DNA of 64,000 nucleotides, from the sequence record PQ303785.1. One strand, written 5' to 3'. Below are positions 56,969 through 64,000 of this stretch, piece by piece. The notes below the pieces were generated by a model. It had not been told where the DNA came from. It made no database searches and saw only the letters and a list, made by a program, of their open reading frames with translations. Position numbers and translations under genes: made by a program. This stretch comes from Escherichia phage LYE-01. Position 1 is the stretch's first letter, and the number at the start of each line of letters is the position of its first letter.

Positions 56969-59900
56969 TTATTCAACCCATTCAAATTTAACCGTTTTAT
57001 TCACTGGGTCAGGAATAATGCGAACATTACCAATTCGTAAGAAATCACGAATAGTAAGATTCCCCATTATAGCATTATCAGATGGTAAAGCACCGATATC
57101 AGATGGCTGAGGAGGGTTACCTCCATCAAATACCTGAACAAAGCTTGACCAAGAATTTTTGGTTTTCTGCCATGTACGCGTCCAGCGAGTGGTGCGCGCT
57201 TCTGGGGTCGTTGGATAAGTAATCCAATCTTGGTAAAGCGAATCGAGTGTGTTACCAAATTGAGTCAGCGTACCAGGAGATTTAACCTCTTCACCGCGTT
57301 CTAAGTATGGAAGCCCAGTCACTTCATTAGTTTTTTCAACCATTTTAAAATAACCCGGGAACTGGTTATAAGTGGCTGAATCATTAATATCGATTGACCA
57401 GAATCCTACAGTATCAGATGTTGGCGCCCGGGTATATAAATCAGAGGTTTTAGTACCCTGAGAACGAATTCTCGAGTTAACAGTTAAACCACCTGAAGTT
57501 ATAGTAGCACCTTTGGCAATGATTAAGCTTTCACCAATTGTAACCTGACCAGATTGATTATTAATTGATAATGGACGTAATCCATTAAACCCACCAGTCT
57601 GATCACCAGATGCAGTAAGCATAAAATAGGTGTTAGCACCATCATTACGAATAAAGAATCCGTAATCACCATTTATTGCTCTAAAAGCATTCGACGATTT
57701 ACTGATAAATTCGCCATTAGCAGTAACTGAACTACCGAATGTTGCAACGCCATTCGCATTCAATGTTCCTGAAGCATTCACATTTATCGGTGTTACTGTA
57801 CCATTGATATTAAATGTTATATTACCAGCTTTATTGCGCTGAGAATAAAAGTGACTAGACGTTTCATCACTAACTTCAAATACAGTAGAACGCGTTGTGT
57901 CTGATTCACCACTAAATTGATTTCCCCACACTTTGACTGTCATCGTTTGAGCCGGGTTCGTTCCAGTTTGAGGTCCTTTCTCAAAAATCAGACGAGTTGC
58001 TGTTCCAGTATTAGAAATGGTTAGTGTACTATTTGCTGAAACTGATCCACCGAACGTAGCAGTACTAGATGATACAAGAGGGGCACTCAGATTCGTTTGT
58101 TGGGTTAAGGTTAGTGAACCATTAACCGTTTGTGCAATATCCCTACGAATGAACTGAGATGAATCTAGACCATCCAGTAAATTACTATCTACAGCTTTTG
58201 CTTTTAACGGCAAATAATTTGCTAATACACGGTTTAATTCGTATGGCGATACTGCATAACTATTTTTCTCGTACAATTCTAATGACTGTGTTGAACCAAC
58301 TGTATCATTACCAACGAATGTAATTGAACCAGATGAAGTTTTAACAAAACCTCTTACCAGAGTAGTAGCTGCCCAAGTAGGTTCACTCTGCACAATCCAT
58401 TTTAAATTTTTTGGAGATACAGCAGTATTTGCTGACGTTCCAGCTACAGTTTCAGACTGAGTTGCAACTTTAATAACGCCTTCCTGTGCTTCAGTAGATT
58501 TAGTACCTAAAAGCTTTTTAGGAGTTATTAAAACATTATCCAATGTTCCTGCAGCAGCTTCAACTTGCGTAGCCACACGAAGTGTACCACGCTGTGTCTC
58601 ATTTGCTTCAAGAATATTAAGGGTATAATGGTCCCAGAGAGTTCCTGATTCAACTAATCCAGATAGAGCAACAACAGAAGTACGATCAGTACTATTAAAT
58701 CTGGTTTTAATTTTTAATGGTGTAGAGATACGAGTATCGTCGACGCCTGCGTCGAATTCAACTTGCGTAGCAATTTCAGCTATACCACTTAAACTTTCAG
58801 TTGCTTTACGGCCATTTAAAGTTTTAGGAGTGACTGCACGAGTATAATCAGTTCCTGTATTAACTTCACTTTGCGTAGCAATTTCAATTAAACCAATTCT
58901 TGCATCAGTTGATGTCTTTTTATGTAACGTTTCTGGCGTTACAACCGCATTTGCCCATCCTTCTTGACTCTGTCCAGCAATTACTTCACTTTCAACTGCT
59001 AAAATTACTGCACCTTGTTGGGTTGGAGTAGCTTTATACTGATCCAAAGCTTTAGGCGAAACAACTAAATTATTAGTGTTTTTATTATAAACATTTGTAC
59101 CATTTAATTCACGACTAGAAGCTGCAGTAGCTCCTGCAGTAGATACAAAAGTTACAATACCAGATAATGATTCAGAACCTTGACGAGCTTGAAGCTTTTT
59201 AGGAGTGATGATTGTAGTATCATCAGTACCTGCATTAGTTTCTTGCTGTGTAGCAATTTCAGCAACACCTCTACGAGTTTCTGTAGCAGTTCTTTCATTC
59301 AGCTTTTTAGGAGTGACGATAATATCATCAGCAAAAGAGAATGTAGTATCCTGGTTCACTTGAGCAGTGGTTGCTATTCTTGCGATACCTCTACGAGTTT
59401 CTGTAGCAGTACGGTTAGCTAATGTTTCTGGGGTAATTGCTAATTCTTTTTGCGGAGAATTTTCTAAATCAGCATTTGCTTGAGCTTGTGTAGCTAAAGC
59501 AATTACGCCTAATCTTGCTCTAGTAGAATCATTTAAAGAATCAACTCTTTCAACTGTTGGCACGTTTTGCTGCACCACCCAGTATTTTCCATCAGAATCT
59601 TCTATATAAGCAAGCTGTAAAACTGGAACATAATTAGTTTCGCCGTTAAAAACTAATTCTTGAACAGTCACCCATTCAGCTTCAGGCGGATACTCTGAAC
59701 GTTTTGGGAATTGCAACAATTGAACTGAAGAAGCAATTTTATCTTCACCGGCAGCTTTGATTTTAACTGTTTGGCCTTTTCTCATGTAATTCATGGAAAT
59801 TTTAACAGTATCACCAATGGAAATATCGGTTGGAAGTTGAAGTTCAATTGTTTGGGTTGTTCCGTTATTCGCTCCAAATACCATGACTTCTTCATTTGGA

Positions 59901-60838
59901 CGAATACTAGAATTAGTTGTTATAATACGTAAACGTGCTTTACTATCCCCGTCAAACAATCTCCACAATTTTTCATTATCATCATACATCAAGAAACCAT
60001 CAATCGATGTACGGCCTTCAATGGAATGAGTTCCAACTTCTTGCACTGAAGTTGTTTCATCGTATGTAGTAACAATTGTATGATAAAGTGGATTTAATTT
60101 GTCTAAATCGACGAAATTAATAATATCGCCATGATTAGCAAATCTCGGAAGTTTAATATTAATCGCCGCGGCTGAAGTAAATCTGCGCACGATAAAATCG
60201 TTAGATTGCGCCTGATAAAGACTTGCCGGTGTTACGACTACAGCTTCTCTGCTATAATCAGCAACATACATTTGCCACAGACGATTACTAAAAATTAAAA
60301 CTATCTGCGATTTTGGATGAGTCATTAGTACTGAACGTACTTGTTCGCCTCTGAAGTTTACAATACTTTGCACTGGAGCTACAATTAAAACCTGGTTAAC
60401 ACCAGGTTTTCCTCCAATGTCTTGGAGAACGATAGTATCTCCATCAATTGGGGAAGATGGTAAAGTAAATGTAATGTCATTACCAGCTGCAGTATCAACT
60501 GAAATTGATTCGCCTGACTTTAATTGATAAGGTCCTGATGAAACAGTTGTCCAATTAGCATCAGTACGTAATGCTCTCCAACGCACGCTATTAAAAGCTC
60601 CTGCTGGTTTTGGAATATCATTTATAGCAGCCCAAAAGCGGTTATCATAAATGATTACAAAATCTTTTAAATATCCACGAGTTGGATCGTATTGTTGAAC
60701 TGTGTTTTCTTGAATTAAGTAATCAACGTTAACACCGTCAGTTCCTACGGTACGATCAGCTAAAGCTACGTTGATTATTTTATCGCCACCTGCGTCCAGA
60801 CCGTCTTCTGCTCTGAACTTTCTTTTAATCTCGGCCAT
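56969..60838 (-). CDS. 34: gp34 long tail fiber proximal subunit (1289 aa)
   Basis: Begins MAEIKRKFRAEDGLDAGGDKIINVALADRTVGTDGVNVDYLIQ; 1289 aa; matches T4 gp34. Confidence 0.9.
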   Translation of the reverse strand: MAEIKRKFRAEDGLDAGGDKIINVALADRTVGTDGVNVDYLIQENTVQQYDPTRGYLKDFVIIYDNRFWAAINDIPKPAGAFNSVRWRALRTDANWTTVSSGPYQLKSGESISVDTAAGNDITFTLPSSPIDGDTIVLQDIGGKPGVNQVLIVAPVQSIVNFRGEQVRSVLMTHPKSQIVLIFSNRLWQMYVADYSREAVVVTPASLYQAQSNDFIVRRFTSAAAINIKLPRFANHGDIINFVDLDKLNPLYHTIVTTYDETTSVQEVGTHSIEGRTSIDGFLMYDDNEKLWRLFDGDSKARLRIITTNSSIRPNEEVMVFGANNGTTQTIELQLPTDISIGDTVKISMNYMRKGQTVKIKAAGEDKIASSVQLLQFPKRSEYPPEAEWVTVQELVFNGETNYVPVLQLAYIEDSDGKYWVVQQNVPTVERVDSLNDSTRARLGVIALATQAQANADLENSPQKELAITPETLANRTATETRRGIARIATTAQVNQDTTFSFADDIIVTPKKLNERTATETRRGVAEIATQQETNAGTDDTTIITPKKLQARQGSESLSGIVTFVSTAGATAASSRELNGTNVYNKNTNNLVVSPKALDQYKATPTQQGAVILAVESEVIAGQSQEGWANAVVTPETLHKKTSTDARIGLIEIATQSEVNTGTDYTRAVTPKTLNGRKATESLSGIAEIATQVEFDAGVDDTRISTPLKIKTRFNSTDRTSVVALSGLVESGTLWDHYTLNILEANETQRGTLRVATQVEAAAGTLDNVLITPKKLLGTKSTEAQEGVIKVATQSETVAGTSANTAVSPKNLKWIVQSEPTWAATTLVRGFVKTSSGSITFVGNDTVGSTQSLELYEKNSYAVSPYELNRVLANYLPLKAKAVDSNLLDGLDSSQFIRRDIAQTVNGSLTLTQQTNLSAPLVSSSTATFGGSVSANSTLTISNTGTATRLIFEKGPQTGTNPAQTMTVKVWGNQFSGESDTTRSTVFEVSDETSSHFYSQRNKAGNITFNINGTVTPINVNASGTLNANGVATFGSSVTANGEFISKSSNAFRAINGDYGFFIRNDGANTYFMLTASGDQTGGFNGLRPLSINNQSGQVTIGESLIIAKGATITSGGLTVNSRIRSQGTKTSDLYTRAPTSDTVGFWSIDINDSATYNQFPGYFKMVEKTNEVTGLPYLERGEEVKSPGTLTQFGNTLDSLYQDWITYPTTPEARTTRWTRTWQKTKNSWSSFVQVFDGGNPPQPSDIGALPSDNAIMGNLTIRDFLRIGNVRIIPDPVNKTVKFEWVE
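58400..59550 (-). repeat. tandem ~40-codon fiber repeats within gene 34
   Basis: About six repeats of ETRRGIAxIATQxExNxGTDDTxIxTPKKL in the product; recurring GCGTAGCAATTTCAGC-like DNA blocks; bounds approximate. Confidence 0.6.
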
Positions 60839-60871
60839 TCTCCCGGCTCCTATTGTGTTTTCAATAATAAG

Positions 60872-60879
60872 TATTTATA
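60872..60879 (-). promoter_or_regulatory. T4 late promoter TATAAATA for gene 34
   Basis: Exact reverse complement TATTTATA on the plus strand, 34 nt upstream of gene 34 ATG. Confidence 0.6.
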
Positions 60880-60941
60880 CTTGTTTACTTTAAGATTCGG
60901 ATGGTATATAATAGAAATCTCACTAATTGAACGAGGTTCAT

Positions 60942-61859
60942 ATGGATTTAGAAATGATGCTGGATGAAGATTACAAAGAAGGAATCTGCTTAATTGACTT
61001 TAGTCAAATTGCGCTTTCAACTGCTCTAGTAAACTTCCCAGATAAAGAAAAAATTAATTTATCAATGGTTCGTCATTTGATATTGAACTCAATTAAGTTT
61101 AATGTCAAAAAAGCAAAAACTCTTGGATACACTAAAATTGTACTGTGTATCGATAACGCGAAATCTGGATACTGGCGTCGTGATTTTGCTTATTATTATA
61201 AGAAAAACCGTGGAAAAGCACGAGAAGAATCTACTTGGGACTGGGAAGGTTATTTTGAATCCAGTCATAAAGTTATAGATGAATTGAAAGCTTATATGCC
61301 ATACATTGTTATGAATATTGATAAGTATGAAGCAGATGACCATATTGCTGTTCTTGTTAAAAAGTTCTCTTTAGAAGGACATAAGATTTTAATCATTTCA
61401 TCGGATGGTGACTTTACTCAACTTCACAAGTATCCAAATGTTAAGCAATGGTCACCGATGCACAAGAAATGGGTTAAAATTAAAAGCGGTTCTGCTGAAA
61501 TTGACTGTATGACTAAAATTCTTAAGGGTGATAAAAAGGATAACGTTGCTTCAGTTAAAGTACGATCTGACTTTTGGTTTACCAGAGTTGAAGGTGAACG
61601 AACTCCTTCAATGAAAACCTCTATTGTTGAAGCTATTGCTAATGACCGTGAGCAAGCTAAGGTGCTTCTTACCGAATCTGAATATAATCGATATAAAGAA
61701 AATTTAGTTCTAATTGATTTTGATTATATTCCTGATAATATTGCTTCAAATATTGTGAATTACTATAATTCATATAAATTACCACCGCGCGGCAAAATTT
61801 ATTCATATTTTGTAAAAGCGGGTCTTTCTAAATTAACTAATAGCATTAATGAATTTTGA
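60942..61859 (+). CDS. rnh: RNase H (5-3 exonuclease/flap endonuclease, 305 aa from ATG 60942)
   Basis: Begins MDLEMMLDEDYKEGICLIDFSQIAL as T4 RNase H; divergent from gene 34. Confidence 0.9.
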   Translation: MDLEMMLDEDYKEGICLIDFSQIALSTALVNFPDKEKINLSMVRHLILNSIKFNVKKAKTLGYTKIVLCIDNAKSGYWRRDFAYYYKKNRGKAREESTWDWEGYFESSHKVIDELKAYMPYIVMNIDKYEADDHIAVLVKKFSLEGHKILIISSDGDFTQLHKYPNVKQWSPMHKKWVKIKSGSAEIDCMTKILKGDKKDNVASVKVRSDFWFTRVEGERTPSMKTSIVEAIANDREQAKVLLTESEYNRYKENLVLIDFDYIPDNIASNIVNYYNSYKLPPRGKIYSYFVKAGLSKLTNSINEF

Positions 61860-61867
61860 GGCGAATA

Positions 61868-62137
61868 ATGGCTAAAAAAGAAATGGTTGAATTTGATGAA
61901 GCTATCCATGGCGAAGACTTGGCTAAATTTATTAAAGAAGCATCTGACCATAAACTGAAAATTTCTGGTTATAATGAATTGATTAAAGATATTCGAATTC
62001 GTGCTAAAGATGAACTTGGCGTTGATGGTAAGATGTTTAATCGTCTATTAGCTTTGTATCATAAAGATAATCGTGATGTGTTTGAAGCTGAAACCGAAGA
62101 GGTAGTTGAACTTTATGACACAGTTTTCTCTAAATGA
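61868..62137 (+). CDS. dsbA: DsbA double-stranded DNA-binding protein (89 aa)
   Basis: Begins MAKKEMVEFDEAIHGEDLAKFIKE; 89 aa; between rnh and 33. Confidence 0.75.
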   Translation: MAKKEMVEFDEAIHGEDLAKFIKEASDHKLKISGYNELIKDIRIRAKDELGVDGKMFNRLLALYHKDNRDVFEAETEEVVELYDTVFSK

Positions 62138-62453
62138 TATTCGTCCGGTCGATGAGACCGGTCTTTCAGAAAAAGAACTTTCAATTAAGAAAGAAAAGGA
62201 TGAAATAGCAAAGCTTCTTGACCGCCAAGAAAATGGATTTATTATTGAAAAAATGGTAGAAGAGTTTGGAATGAGTTATCTTGAAGCTACAACAGCATTC
62301 TTAGAAGAAAATTCTATTCCTGAAACTCAATTTGCTAAATTTATTCCTTCGGGTATAATTGAAAAAATTCAGTCAGAAGCTATTGACGAAAATCTTTTAC
62401 GTCCTTCTGTTGTTCGTTGTGAAAAAACTAATACATTAGATTTTCTACTATGA
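62115..62453 (+). CDS. 33: gp33 late transcription co-activator (112 aa)
   Basis: Begins MTQFSLNDIRPVDETGL; 112 aa; synteny. Confidence 0.8.
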   Translation: MTQFSLNDIRPVDETGLSEKELSIKKEKDEIAKLLDRQENGFIIEKMVEEFGMSYLEATTAFLEENSIPETQFAKFIPSGIIEKIQSEAIDENLLRPSVVRCEKTNTLDFLL

Positions 62454-63103
62454 TTAAACTCCGCATGCCTGCTGGTGGTGAAAGATATATTGATGGTAAA
62501 TCAGTTTATAAATTATACTTAATGATAAAACAACATATGAATGGAAAGTATGATGTAATTAAGTATAATTGGTGCATGCGGGTGTCTGATGCCGCTTATC
62601 AAAAGCGAAGGGATAAGTATTTTTTCCAGAAGTTATCAGAAAAATATAAATTAAAAGAACTTGCTTTAATCTTTATAAGCAATCTTGTTGCTAACCAGGA
62701 TGCTTGGATTGGTGACATCTCTGACGCTGATGCACTTGTGTTTTATCGTGAATATATCGGACGCTTAAAGCAAATTAAATTTAAGTTTGAAGAAGATATT
62801 CGCAATATTTATTATTTTAGTAAAAAAGTTGAAGTTTCTGCTTTTAAAGAAATCTTTGAGTATAATCCAAAAGTTCAATCAAGTTATATTTTTAAACTAC
62901 TTCAATCGAATATAATTTCGTTTGAGACGTTTATCTTGCTTGATTCGTTTTTAAATATAATTGATAAACATGATGAACAGACTGATAATTTAGTCTGGAA
63001 TAATTATTCTATAAAGTTAAAAGCTTATAGAAAAATTTTAAATATTGATTCACAGAAAGCTAAAAGTGTTTTCATTGAAACTGTGAAATCTTGCAAGTAT
63101 TAA
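62450..63103 (+). CDS. 59: gp59 helicase loader (217 aa)
   Basis: Begins MIKLRMPAGGERYIDGKSVYKLYLMIKQHM; 217 aa as T4 gp59. Confidence 0.9.
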   Translation: MIKLRMPAGGERYIDGKSVYKLYLMIKQHMNGKYDVIKYNWCMRVSDAAYQKRRDKYFFQKLSEKYKLKELALIFISNLVANQDAWIGDISDADALVFYREYIGRLKQIKFKFEEDIRNIYYFSKKVEVSAFKEIFEYNPKVQSSYIFKLLQSNIISFETFILLDSFLNIIDKHDEQTDNLVWNNYSIKLKAYRKILNIDSQKAKSVFIETVKSCKY

Positions 63104-63104
63104 T

Positions 63105-63128
63105 TGCTTATTATAAATAGATTATAAT
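63105..63128 (+). promoter_or_regulatory. stacked gene 32 promoters: MotA box TGCTTA plus TATAAT (middle) overlapping late TATAAATA
   Basis: TGCTTA at 63105-63110; TATAAATA at 63112-63119; TATAAT at 63123-63128. Confidence 0.5.
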
Positions 63129-63135
63129 TATCTCA

Positions 63136-63201
63136 CTGACCAGCTATGAGGTCATACATCGTCATAGCACCAACTGTTAATTAAATTAAAAAGGAAATAA
63201 A
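63136..63201 (+). promoter_or_regulatory. gene 32 autoregulatory translational operator (pseudoknot plus unstructured AU-rich region)
   Basis: CTGACCAGCTATGAGGTCATACATCGTCATAGC then TTAAATTAAAAAGGAAATAAAAATG, matching the T4 gene 32 operator as I recall it. Confidence 0.65.
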
Positions 63202-64000
63202 AATGTTTAAACGTAAATCTACTGCTGAACTCGCTGCACAAATGGCTAAACTGGCTGGAAATAAAGGTGGTTTTTCTTCTGAAGATAAAGGCGAGTGGAA
63301 ACTGAAACTCGACAATGCGGGTAACGGTCAAGCAGTAATTCGTTTTCTTCCGTCTAAAAATGATGAACAAGCACCATTCGCAATTCTTGTAAATCACGGT
63401 TTCAAGAAAAATGGTAAATGGTATATTGAAAACTGTTCATCTACCCACGGTGATTACGATTCTTGTCCAGTATGTCAGTACATCAGTAAAAATGATTTGT
63501 ACAACACTGACAATAAAGAGTATGGTCTTGTTAAACGCAAAACTTCTTACTGGGCTAACATTCTTGTAGTAAAAGACCCAGCTGCTCCAGAAAATGAAGG
63601 CAAAGTATTTAAATACCGTTTTGGTAAGAAAATCTGGGATAAAATCAATGCAATGATTGCAGTTGATGTTGAAATGGGTGAAACTCCGGTTGATGTAACT
63701 TGTCCGTGGGAAGGTGCTAACTTTGTACTGAAAGTTAAACAAGTTTCTGGGTTTAGTAACTACGATGAATCTAAATTCCTGAATCAATCTGCGATTCCAA
63801 ACATTGATGATGAATCTTTCCAGAAAGAACTGTTCGAACAAATGGTTGACCTTTCTGAAATGACTTCTAAAGATAAATTCAAATCGTTTGAAGAACTGAG
63901 CACTAAGTTCAGTCAAGTTATGGGAACTGCTGCTATGGGCGGTGCCGCAGCAACTGCCGCTAAGAAAGCCGATAAAGTTGCTGATGATTTGGATGCATTC
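63202..64000 (+). CDS. 32: gp32 single-stranded DNA-binding protein, 5-prime partial (first 266 codons; runs off window)
   Basis: Begins [50 protein letters not shown]; Zn-binding Cys/His present; absent from the ORF track because no stop lies in the window. Confidence 0.9.

Noticed and set aside
54942-57258. Antisense or alternate-frame ORFs inside tail fiber genes (54942-55157, 55415-55687, 56919-57110, 57067-57258, 59180-59422)
   Set aside because: All lie within long, well-supported tail fiber ORFs and lack convincing starts; typical shadow ORFs.

Overview
This window is a contiguous ~64 kb segment of a T-even (T4-like) coliphage genome, read in the direction of early transcription. Identification rests on ORF sizes, gene order and protein sequences I recognise from T4; no database search was possible. 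The plus strand carries the early/middle block: gene 55, alpha-gt, 47, 46, rpbA, 45, 44, 62, regA, 43, imm, 42, a glycosyltransferase, uvsX, 40, 41, the dmd/sp islet, 61, dam, 56, soc, modB/modA, srd, dda, dexA, motB, topoisomerase 39, rIIA, rIIB, denB, ndd, stp, ac, 52, motA and asiA. The minus strand carries the late block t, 38, 37, 36, 35, 34. The plus strand then resumes with rnh, dsbA, 33, 59 and the first 266 codons of 32. Three features point to a T2/T6-type phage rather than T4 itself: gene 39 is one continuous 605-codon ORF, gp38 is a 259-aa glycine-rich adhesin, and a GT-A-like transferase sits where T4 has beta-gt. The most interesting locus is an ~860 bp insertion between gene 61 and dam (24410-25277): a minus-strand small membrane protein with a strong RBS, diverging from a plus-strand PD-(D/E)xK-like protein that has its own early promoter and is translationally coupled to Dam. 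Other accessory elements are an HNH endonuclease between 47 and 46, a GIY-YIG endonuclease between alpha-gt and 47, and repeated promoter/stem-loop cassettes. No tRNA, rRNA or CRISPR array was seen.
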